Source: Gammaproteobacteria bacterium
Lineage (GTDB): Bacteria; Pseudomonadota; Gammaproteobacteria; Pseudomonadales; PIVM01
NCBI GenBank assembly: GCA_003353945.1
Contig: PIVM01000003.1
Coordinates: 40,833-104,832 of the forward strand
Length of the DNA stretch: 64,000 nucleotides
Reading direction: 5' to 3'
The notes beneath the pieces were generated by a model. That model saw nothing but the letters and a program-made list of their open reading frames with translations, ran no database searches and had not been told where the DNA came from. Numbering within the stretch: the first letter of the stretch is position 1; every line of letters starts with the position of its first letter. Made by a program: the position numbers and the translations under genes. Below, piece by piece: positions 43,785 to 52,094 of this stretch.

Positions 43785-44208
43785 AACGCTGCTTCGCTCG
43801 CTGGCAGACCGCATCAACCAGATTATTACTCACTGTCTCAAATAGTTTTTTCGCCGCCAGACTCACCAACTTGTTGGTCATAGCAAACTGCAGGTCAAAC
43901 ATCACCTTGCAGCCTTCTCCGCCTAAATTCTGGAACGTCCAACGCCCATCAAAGGAGCTAAAGGGTCCATCAATTAATTCCATACGAATACTGCTGGGGA
44001 ATGCCAAATGATTACGTGTCACAAATGTCTGCTGAATGCCTCTTTTGGCCAAATGAAATCTGATGTCAATAAATTGAGTTTCTCTCGCGAGTACATCTAT
44101 AGCGACACAACCATCCATGTAGTGCGGATATGCCTCCACTTCATTAACCAAGTTGAACATTTGTGTATTTGAAAAGGGCAACAGAGCACTGCGCTTGATA
44201 TGGGCCAT
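43774..44208 (-). CDS. ratA: SRPBCC-fold ribosome association toxin RatA / CoQ-binding family
   Basis: 144 aa. Divergent from smpB, as in E. coli. Motifs YPHYMDGC and FDGRWTFQ. Confidence 0.85.
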   Translation of the reverse strand: MAHIKRSALLPFSNTQMFNLVNEVEAYPHYMDGCVAIDVLARETQFIDIRFHLAKRGIQQTFVTRNHLAFPSSIRMELIDGPFSSFDGRWTFQNLGGEGCKVMFDLQFAMTNKLVSLAAKKLFETVSNNLVDAVCQRAKQRYGK

Positions 44209-44404
44209 TATCTCGAAAACCTAAACTACTTCTTCAACCTTCAGCCTAACATCATAGGCCAATCCACATAACGATCAGCAATTATAACTAATTTATCACC
44301 GAACTACATCGCGGCCGGCATTTCACTTCCTTACGAACGTTATACCAATCACTTGTGAAAGAAAGTATCCTTTTGCTTCGTCTTGATAATATAATGGCGC
44401 CGCC

Positions 44405-44881
44405 ATGAACAAGAAGAAAAGCAAACAAGCCTCCAATACTATCATCATCAACAAGAAGGCCCGTTACGATTATCAGATTGAGGATCGTTTCGAAGCCGGT
44501 CTTGTGCTGCAGGGCTGGGAAGTCAAGAGCCTGCGTGCAGGAAAAGTGCAATTGACTGATTGCTATGTCACGTTTGTTCATGGTGAAGCTTGGCTGCTTG
44601 GTGCGCTAATAACACCATTGCCAACCGTTTCCACGCATTTTGTGATCGACCAGCAACGCACACGAAAACTACTTCTCACCAAACGAGAGCTGGCCAAGCT
44701 GATCATCGCTACACAGCAAAAAGGTTATACCTGCATATGCACAGGCCTCTACTGGAAACAACACCTTGTCAAGGCTGAAATTGCGCTCGCTATTGGTAAG
44801 CAAAAACACGATAAAAGAGCATCGGAAAAAGAGCGAGACTGGAATCGCGAAAAACAACGTATTATGCAGAAAAATGGATAA
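44405..44881 (+). CDS. smpB: SsrA-binding protein SmpB
   Basis: 158 aa. Motifs [29 protein letters not shown] and a basic C-terminal tail. Confidence 0.95.
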   Translation: MNKKKSKQASNTIIINKKARYDYQIEDRFEAGLVLQGWEVKSLRAGKVQLTDCYVTFVHGEAWLLGALITPLPTVSTHFVIDQQRTRKLLLTKRELAKLIIATQQKGYTCICTGLYWKQHLVKAEIALAIGKQKHDKRASEKERDWNREKQRIMQKNG

Positions 44882-45106
44882 TAATCAGCCTTCATACAAC
44901 AAAATCTCATTGGCACTCTTCTACCAAAACAACGCATAATATATTGCGTGGATTACCGTAAAAAATCTTCTTCCTTCCAGAGGAAAGTGTGGGGGTCGCA
45001 GCCATAAATTATGGAATTCAATATCAAGGAGAGTAACGCGGCCCGCCAAGCAACTATCACTAGTTCTACTAATTTTTATTCATTAGGCATTAGGGGCGTG
45101 GAAACG

Positions 45107-45991
45107 TTAGGCAATTAAATCTGCAATACGATTCACTTCATCCTCATCTGCTGTAGTCGGTGCAAGAATCAACTCGTCACAACCTGTATCTTCAACCTGC
45201 TTTAATAAATCCTTAAATTGCTGAGCAGTTCCAGCAAAACCCGCACTGGGTATCATTGCTTCCGTCAAGTCCTGAGGAAACCAGTTAAGATAATGACGCA
45301 AATGCTTTTTCAACTGAGCATCGGCCTGCTCACCGACGGCATACCAAAAACTCGTAATCAATCGAGGGCCACTGTCCCGGTTTTGCGCCAGCCACGCATC
45401 GCGAGCCCACTGACAATGGGTTTTCATCTCCTCGACATCTGCATTGAAACTGAATCCACTTAATCCATCCGCCCAAGAGGCCGCACTGGCAATGGACTTT
45501 GAACCAATTGATCCAGCCAGGAATGACGGACCACCGTCCTGAAACGGTTTCGGTCCGATTGATCGATTCACTCCCTCCACAAGCTGTTCACCTGACCAGA
45601 CTCTTCGTAAAATGGCCACTCTCGATTCCATTTCCTTAATGCGACGATGCTGCCAATCGGCACCCACCGCCAAATAATCCTCCTCACGCCCACCAATACC
45701 GACACCCACGGTTAATCTACCCTCCGACAGCACATCCACAGTAGCCAGTTGTTTAGCCAGCCACACTGGATTATGCATCGGAATCACTACTACTGTTGCT
45801 ATAAGCTCAACCCGCCGCGTCCAGGCAGCAGCAGCGGCCAGTGTGGTAATAAACTCTGGGTTTGCAAACGCAATCCGCTCTCCTAAAGCCAAGCTCGAAT
45901 AGGGGCCTTCATCAATCTGTTTACACCAATCATGTAAAATGCTTCGAGTTAAACCCGGCTCCATCACCGGTAATGTCATACCAATTTTCAT
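45107..45991 (-). CDS. LLM-class (luciferase-like) flavin-dependent oxidoreductase
   Basis: 294 aa TIM-barrel-like pattern (VDVLSEGRLTVGVGIGG, ILRRVWSGE). Confidence 0.75.
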   Translation of the reverse strand: MKIGMTLPVMEPGLTRSILHDWCKQIDEGPYSSLALGERIAFANPEFITTLAAAAAWTRRVELIATVVVIPMHNPVWLAKQLATVDVLSEGRLTVGVGIGGREEDYLAVGADWQHRRIKEMESRVAILRRVWSGEQLVEGVNRSIGPKPFQDGGPSFLAGSIGSKSIASAASWADGLSGFSFNADVEEMKTHCQWARDAWLAQNRDSGPRLITSFWYAVGEQADAQLKKHLRHYLNWFPQDLTEAMIPSAGFAGTAQQFKDLLKQVEDTGCDELILAPTTADEDEVNRIADLIA

Positions 45992-46326
45992 CTTTCATCT
46001 CCCTCTCAATAACTGCATTATGACCACTACCGCAGGCAAATCATCCTCTAAAAGAATGATCATCAATAAGCTAGCTAAAGCTGCTTACTGACGGACGACA
46101 GCATTGCGCCTTTTCATCACAATTTCACCACTATAGGCGTTGCCAATTATCCGGGAAAGTTCTACACTCCCTCGTGGTTCTGACGACCTTTTGGGCAATA
46201 ATCTGGCGTCTGTGCATAAGTACATAAAAATGTGAGCGCAACATCGTACAGCCATTACCTTTGAAGGCAACGGAACAAGCGTGATATCACGCCCTCAACG
46301 TTTTTAGCAACACAGGCATTATTTCG

Positions 46327-46536
46327 ATGACAGACAAGCAAACTGGAACCGTTAAGTGGTTCAACGACAGCAAGGGATTCGGCTTTATTGAGCGTGAAAA
46401 CGGCGCCGACCTCTTTGTACATTTTAGCCAAATTACTGGTGATGGCTTCCGCTCCCTACAAGAAGGCCAACAAGTCAGCTTCGTCGAAGGGGAAGGCCAG
46501 AAAGGACCACAAGCACAGGACGTGGCGCCAATCTAA
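46327..46536 (+). CDS. Cold-shock protein (CspA family)
   Basis: 69 aa with [15 protein letters not shown] (RNP1) and VHFS (RNP2). Confidence 0.93.
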   Translation: MTDKQTGTVKWFNDSKGFGFIERENGADLFVHFSQITGDGFRSLQEGQQVSFVEGEGQKGPQAQDVAPI

Positions 46537-46626
46537 GCACCTAAGTCCTAAGGATTGGAAGATTGACTCAGCGCTGTTATTTTTCAACTGCGCAGCTTTG
46601 GTTTTTGCACCAATGATTACGCAGCC

Positions 46627-46662
46627 GTGATTGTTTAGGTGATTGTTTAGGTGATTGTTTAG
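46627..46662. repeat. Perfect 12-bp tandem repeat x3 (gtgattgtttag)
   Basis: Read directly: three identical head-to-tail units at 46627-46638, 46639-46650 and 46651-46662. They lie in the convergent spacer between csp and the ICL/PEPM gene. Confidence 0.95.
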
Positions 46663-46690
46663 AATAACGATGAAAACAATTACCGGCCAA

Positions 46691-47572
46691 CTAGTCTTCT
46701 TCCAATCTGCGCAACTGCCGATCATACTCTCCAAACCCAACCACATCCTGGAGATTTTTAAACGATAGGATTTGTTTTGGGTGCAGTTCGGTATGCAACT
46801 CAGACAACGCTTCCTGCATCGCTTTTATTGCTGCAGACAATAAAGTTAGTGGATACGCCGCCATTTTAAAACCCATTGCCGACAATTCTTCGGGAGGGAT
46901 TAGGGGGGTGTGACCATCCTCAACCAGATTAGCCATTTTATGGCCTACAACCTCCTCACACACTTGTCGCAACTCCTGTTCGCTACAAGGCGCTTCAACA
47001 AACAATATATCAGCCCCTAATTCTGCAAACCGATTTGCTCTTTCAACGGCCTCCCCCATACCTTTGCTCGCTCTGGCATCGGTACGAGCAACAATCACCA
47101 AATCACTACCTGCTTCACGTATTTGATCTCTGGCCTCAATTGCTGCTCTCATCCTACGTAACGCAGACTCACGATCTACTACCTCCTTACCCTGTGTATG
47201 GCCACAACGTTTTGGCGCACGCTGATCCTCTATCATTACTCCGGCAAATCCGGCTGATGCGTATCCTCGCACAGTGCGCTGTACACTGACTTCATTACCA
47301 TAACCTGTATCTCCGTCTCCAATAATCGGCAAATTTACTGCCGTACAGATCGTCTGCCCCTGAGCCTGCATTTCACCATAGGAAATTAACCCGGTATCAG
47401 GCAAGCCAAGACGAGAGGCTGATACAGCAAAACCACTCATAAAACTTAAGGGGTAACCCGCTTGCTCAATCAACTTTGCGCTGAGCGCATCAAAACAACA
47501 AGGCATCCGTATAAATTCATTGCCCTCCAATAAGCTTCGCAACTTTTTCGTCTTTTTCATTTGCATCAGCAT
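46691..47572 (-). CDS. Isocitrate lyase / PEP mutase superfamily enzyme (methylisocitrate-lyase-like)
   Basis: 293 aa with GDGDTGYGN and MIEDQRAPKRCGHTQGK. The KRCGH catalytic loop is of the lyase branch rather than the PEP-mutase branch. Confidence 0.8.
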   Translation of the reverse strand: MLMQMKKTKKLRSLLEGNEFIRMPCCFDALSAKLIEQAGYPLSFMSGFAVSASRLGLPDTGLISYGEMQAQGQTICTAVNLPIIGDGDTGYGNEVSVQRTVRGYASAGFAGVMIEDQRAPKRCGHTQGKEVVDRESALRRMRAAIEARDQIREAGSDLVIVARTDARASKGMGEAVERANRFAELGADILFVEAPCSEQELRQVCEEVVGHKMANLVEDGHTPLIPPEELSAMGFKMAAYPLTLLSAAIKAMQEALSELHTELHPKQILSFKNLQDVVGFGEYDRQLRRLEED

Positions 47573-47767
47573 GATCTTGTCAAACCTCTTCAGTAATTGC
47601 TCTAACTTTTGCGAATTTGACCGCCCTCACAGTTCTTCCGTGACATATACCAAACCACTGACGTGAACAACAATGCAACTCTTCAACCAGCTTAAAAATC
47701 CATCAAAAAAAGAGAACTGTGCATTTGTCAGCCCCAGCAGAGAAGACTATTTTTACTAATCAAAAGG

Positions 47768-47803
47768 TCCTGTCAACGTCCTGTGAACATAGATCCTGTC
47801 GTC
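47768..47803 (+). promoter_or_regulatory. Three direct repeats TCCTGT(C/G)(A/G)(A/T)C just upstream of the cNMP/rhodanese gene
   Basis: The copies are tcctgtcaac (47768), tcctgtgaac (47779) and tcctgtcgtc (47794), spaced 11 and 15 bp. The last ends 20 nt before the ATG at 47823. Confidence 0.35.
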
Positions 47804-47822
47804 GGTTAACTGAGGTGAAGTC

Positions 47823-48878
47823 ATGTCTAGCGGGCAATCCGTATTACACGAAGAGATTTTAACGAATTTTTTTCCACTTAATACGATCGATAAGCAGTAT
47901 TTCGATCAATTGAAGCAACAGGCGATAATATCGACTTGCAAAGCAGGTGAAATCGTTACTAAATGCGGGCTCGAAGGTAACCTGCACCATTATCTTATTA
48001 GCGGCGAAGTCGAAATTCGTCTCGCTTTCGATAATCGCTTCACACTGGCGGATGATGCAGAACAAGCCCAATTTCCACTCGAAGACAACATTAAAAAACA
48101 GGGGATAATCCGCGCAACTCAATCGTGCCAATTACTGATCATCAATATCGATATTGTTGATCAGCTTAAGGCATGGAGCCAAAGCCATAACTACGAGATC
48201 ATACACCTGCACGAGTCTCATGATATTGGTGAAGACGGGCTAATTAATGACGATCTGAATGAGGACTGGAGCAACCTGTTTATTCAAACACCTCTGGCTT
48301 CAAATCTATCCGCTTGCGATCTACACAAACTTTTTACAGCCTTGGAAGAATTTGACGTCAAAGCAGGAGAAACCATTGTCCAATGCAACACAAACGGCGA
48401 GTATTTCTATATCGTCCAATCTGGCATGGCTGAGGTAATCACCGATCCCAATGGCGCCTACGCGGGCAAATCGTTTGAACTGAGTATGGGCGATTATTTT
48501 GGCGATGAAGCCCTGGTGGCTGACACGATGCGTAATGCATCGGTTGTTATGCGAAGCGATGGCCGTTTAGGCAAATTGCATCGCGAAGCGTTCAATAAAA
48601 TCGTAAAAGAAGCCGTGGTCAAAACAAAGCTGAATCACAATGTGGACGGCGGGATGCATGACCTGTATCACTACCTTGACGTGCGATTACCATTGGAGTT
48701 TCGTACCGAACATCACCTGAAAAGTGAAAATGTCCCCATCAGCCATCTACGCATGCAACTTGATAACATGGACTACAGTAAAATTTACTTCATTACACCC
48801 GAAGGGGGTAGACGTAGCGAACTGGCAACCTATCTAATGCGCCAGGCAGGTTTTGAAGCGTATTGCATGGTAGGTTAA
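47823..48878 (+). CDS. Two cyclic-nucleotide-binding-like domains fused to a catalytically inactive rhodanese-homology domain
   Basis: 351 aa. The second CNB domain has GDYFGDEALVADTMRNASVVM; the first is degenerate. The C-terminal rhodanese-like YLDVRLPLEFRTEH...IYFITPEGGRRSELATYLMRQAGF has Pro where the active-site Cys would sit. Confidence 0.7.
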   Translation: MSSGQSVLHEEILTNFFPLNTIDKQYFDQLKQQAIISTCKAGEIVTKCGLEGNLHHYLISGEVEIRLAFDNRFTLADDAEQAQFPLEDNIKKQGIIRATQSCQLLIINIDIVDQLKAWSQSHNYEIIHLHESHDIGEDGLINDDLNEDWSNLFIQTPLASNLSACDLHKLFTALEEFDVKAGETIVQCNTNGEYFYIVQSGMAEVITDPNGAYAGKSFELSMGDYFGDEALVADTMRNASVVMRSDGRLGKLHREAFNKIVKEAVVKTKLNHNVDGGMHDLYHYLDVRLPLEFRTEHHLKSENVPISHLRMQLDNMDYSKIYFITPEGGRRSELATYLMRQAGFEAYCMVG

Positions 48879-49224
48879 GAATCAATCCACACTAATCCTT
48901 CCACTCTGACCAGAATCTGTAATTTCAGGTCAGAGTCACCTCTGCTGGGAATGATAGCCGCTTTTTTATCACACTGCTTATTTGATCTGCATCAAATCAA
49001 ATGCCTAATATAGGATCGCTAGTTGATTCTAAGCTGGGCAGATAAGCAACTAAGCACCTTAAATGTATGACAAATACAGCTTCACAACCCTCCGCCAGAG
49101 AGGCTGCTCTCACTGAACATGTTAAATTGCGCTTCTAACTCATTTATTTTAAACAACTGGACTGTTTTGGATTATCCTATAAATATCCGTTCGCAAGTTA
49201 AAAGATCTAATAAGTAAAATTGAT

Positions 49225-49587
49225 ATGACTTCCATCACCGATCGAAGACAACATGCTCGATATCCAGCCAAACTTCTTGAAGTGCTGGCTAGATCCAACA
49301 ATGATGACAGCCAACCCTGGGCAGTAAGCGAAGTCGTTGCAGTAGATTTTAACCGATTTGGTATCGCGCTTGAATCCACCCAACAATTTGGCATGGATGA
49401 AATATTGTCACTGATTATTTACACTGATGATGGCATAGCGTCCAAAATTCAGGGTACAGTGCGCTATTGCAGTGATTGCGATGTTGGTTTTCGCTATGGC
49501 ATTCATTTTACTTTCACCACTGAAGAAGAAAACGCACAAACCAAAGCAAACATGGCAAACATGGAACGGATTATTAATCCTCTTTGA
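49225..49587 (+). CDS. Stand-alone PilZ-like domain protein (paralog 1)
   Basis: 120 aa. RRQHAR fits RRxxxR. The second motif reads DFNRFG, with N in place of the S of (D/N)xSxxG. Confidence 0.65.
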   Translation: MTSITDRRQHARYPAKLLEVLARSNNDDSQPWAVSEVVAVDFNRFGIALESTQQFGMDEILSLIIYTDDGIASKIQGTVRYCSDCDVGFRYGIHFTFTTEEENAQTKANMANMERIINPL

Positions 49588-49707
49588 GTCAGTAATTGAA
49601 ATTTGTCACACATCGTTACGTTGCAACAAACTCATTTACGAAAAATATGCACAACCACAAACAACTCAACCCGGCTGGTGTGGTTGTGCACCCATAACCC
49701 AGAGGCT

Positions 49708-50985
49708 TCAGTCCTGGCTTGCTTTTATCGCCTGTTCAATATCAGCAATAATGTCATCGATATGCTCAACACCAACTGACAAGCGAACCATCTCTTCACT
49801 AACACCTGCTGATTCCATTTCAGTCTCGTTCAACTGCCGATGCGTTGTCGAAGCCGGGTGACAAGCTAGTGATTTGGAATCCCCGATATTAACCAATCGC
49901 AGTATCATTTGCAGAGCATCAATAAATTTCGCTCCCGCCTCACTACCGCCTTTAATGCCAAAACTTAAAATGCCGGAAGCATGCCCTCCCGTTATTTTCT
50001 GGCAAACAGCGTGATACTCACTCTCTGGCAAGCCAGCATAATTGATCCACTCGATCGCAGGATGATCAGTCAAATATTGCGCAACCGCAAGGGCGTTACT
50101 GCAATGACGCTCAATACGCAAACCCAGCGTTTCCAAGCCTTGCAACAACAAGAATGCGCTATGTGGCGACAAGGCTGATCCGGTATTACGCAATGGCACT
50201 ACTCGACAACGGCCGATAAATGCCGCCTGCCCCAATGCCTCGGTATACACCACACCGTGATAGGAGGGATCCGGCTCATTTAACATAGGAAACCGGTCTT
50301 TATTGGCAGCCCAATCAAACTGTCCCGAATCAACAATCACACCCCCAATTGTCGTGCCGTGCCCACCGATATACTTAGTCATAGAGTGAACGACAATATC
50401 AGCACCAAATTCGAAGGGCCGACACAGATAGGGAGTTGCTACCGTATTGTCCACTATCAAAGGCACACCATGGCGATGCGCAAGCTCGGCCAATTTCTCC
50501 AGATCCACCACGTTTCCCGCAGGGTTGCCAATGGATTCACAAAATACCGCAACCGTTTTATCATCGATCAAGGCCTCAAGGCCCGCATAGTCATCATGAG
50601 CGGCAAAACGTACTTTCACACCCTGCTGAGGTAAGGTGTGAGCAAACAGATTATAGGTACCACCATACAATTGACTGGTGCTGACAACATTGCTGCCAAC
50701 CTGTGATATCGCCTGTAACGCATAGGTAATCGCCGCCATACCGGACGCTACCGCCAAGGCACCAATACCCCCTTCCATTGAAGCCAGCCTTTGCTCGAGA
50801 ACAGCCGTCGTTGGATTCATAATGCGGGTATAAATATTACCTTCTACCTTTAGATCAAACAGATCAGCACCGTGCTGTGTGTTGTCAAAGGTATAGGAAG
50901 TCGTCTGATATATCGGAGTGGTGGCCGCATTAGTCGTTGGTTCTGCGTCATAACCGGCATGCAAGGCAAGTGTTTCGAGTTTCAT
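49708..50985 (-). CDS. metY: O-acetylhomoserine sulfhydrylase
   Basis: 425 aa Cys/Met-metabolism PLP enzyme (SMTKYIGGHGT with the PLP lysine). N-terminus is MKLETLALHAGY. Confidence 0.92.
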   Translation of the reverse strand: MKLETLALHAGYDAEPTTNAATTPIYQTTSYTFDNTQHGADLFDLKVEGNIYTRIMNPTTAVLEQRLASMEGGIGALAVASGMAAITYALQAISQVGSNVVSTSQLYGGTYNLFAHTLPQQGVKVRFAAHDDYAGLEALIDDKTVAVFCESIGNPAGNVVDLEKLAELAHRHGVPLIVDNTVATPYLCRPFEFGADIVVHSMTKYIGGHGTTIGGVIVDSGQFDWAANKDRFPMLNEPDPSYHGVVYTEALGQAAFIGRCRVVPLRNTGSALSPHSAFLLLQGLETLGLRIERHCSNALAVAQYLTDHPAIEWINYAGLPESEYHAVCQKITGGHASGILSFGIKGGSEAGAKFIDALQMILRLVNIGDSKSLACHPASTTHRQLNETEMESAGVSEEMVRLSVGVEHIDDIIADIEQAIKASQD

Positions 50986-51214
50986 CGATATTATTCCTCC
51001 TGTTTATTGTGGATATTGTGTGGGCAAACGACAACCAGCGGCATAGTAACAACGTACACTTTTGTAAAATATCGGCGATGTCAACAAAAAGCTGTTAAAC
51101 CTCACTACAAGTAAAGATCATAGCGCTAATGGATGTGATCGTAACCACATAAGCCACTTTCCATTCGCCATCAGCAAGGTACAATAGCGCCGGTAAACCA
51201 TCAGGAGTGTTCGA

Positions 51215-52069
51215 ATGAGCGATCATATCGTTGAAATCAACCAAACCAACGCCCAACAGACTTTAATAGAAGAGTCTATGACACGACCTGTGGTCGTTGA
51301 TTTCTGGGCAGAGTCAGTTGAACCGTGCAAAACACTCCGGCCAATTCTGCAAAAACTTGCCATTGAATACGCAGGGCAGTTTCTTCTTGCTACAATCGAT
51401 TGTGAGCGTGAACAAATGATTGCCTCTCAGTTTGGTGTGCGCAACCTACCCACAGTCATGGTCATTAAAGACGGCCAGCCCGTTGACGGCTTCGCCGGTG
51501 CTCAGAGCGAGCCAGCTATTCGAGAAATGCTGGATAAACATCTACCCAAACCCTGGGATACTCAATTTCAGCAAGCTCAGCTACTCATTGAGGCTGATAA
51601 TTTCCAGGAAGCCACAACACTGTTGCGAACCGCTTACCATGATTCCCAGCAACAGGCTAATATCGCAAAATCCTTGGCTAAATGCCTTATCGAGATCAAT
51701 CGCTTTGACGAGGCAGGCTCCATCCTTGAACAAATCAAACTCGCTGATCAGGATAGCCTTTATGAACAGCTGGTGGCACAACTGGAATTAAAACAACAAG
51801 CAGAGAAAGCACCTGAAATCCAGGCGCTGGAAGAAAAGCTGAATCAGAACCCCGGTGATTTCGACACGGCCTACCAGCTCGCTGTACAATTCAGTCAACA
51901 CAACCATTACCGCGATGCCCTTGAATTATTAATCACGATTTTGCAAACGGATCGCGAATTTCAAAATGGCGCTGCACGAAAAGCGCTGCTAGACATCATA
52001 AAAACGCTGGGAAGTCAGGATCCACTCGCCAGTGAATATCAACGGCGCCTGTATTCGTTACTGTACTAA
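51215..52069 (+). CDS. ybbN: Thioredoxin-domain / TPR co-chaperone YbbN (CnoX)
   Basis: 284 aa. N-terminal thioredoxin fold without CxxC (VVVDFWAESVEPCKTL) and a C-terminal TPR-like region. Confidence 0.85.
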   Translation: MSDHIVEINQTNAQQTLIEESMTRPVVVDFWAESVEPCKTLRPILQKLAIEYAGQFLLATIDCEREQMIASQFGVRNLPTVMVIKDGQPVDGFAGAQSEPAIREMLDKHLPKPWDTQFQQAQLLIEADNFQEATTLLRTAYHDSQQQANIAKSLAKCLIEINRFDEAGSILEQIKLADQDSLYEQLVAQLELKQQAEKAPEIQALEEKLNQNPGDFDTAYQLAVQFSQHNHYRDALELLITILQTDREFQNGAARKALLDIIKTLGSQDPLASEYQRRLYSLLY

Positions 52070-52094
52070 GAGCGACCCTGAGTAGTTATAGTGT

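Noticed and set aside
44882-45106. Looked for ssrA (tmRNA) downstream of smpB.
   Set aside because: No GGGGCTGA-type 5' end, no tag-ORF context and no tRNA-like 3' end (TCCACCA) are visible on either strand. The gene is presumably elsewhere.
50986-51214. 229-nt spacer upstream of metY examined for a SAM riboswitch (SAM-II/SAM-V type).
   Set aside because: I could not recognise the conserved pseudoknot or AAAGCU elements by eye. The spacer is shared with the ybbN promoter. A covariance-model scan would be needed.
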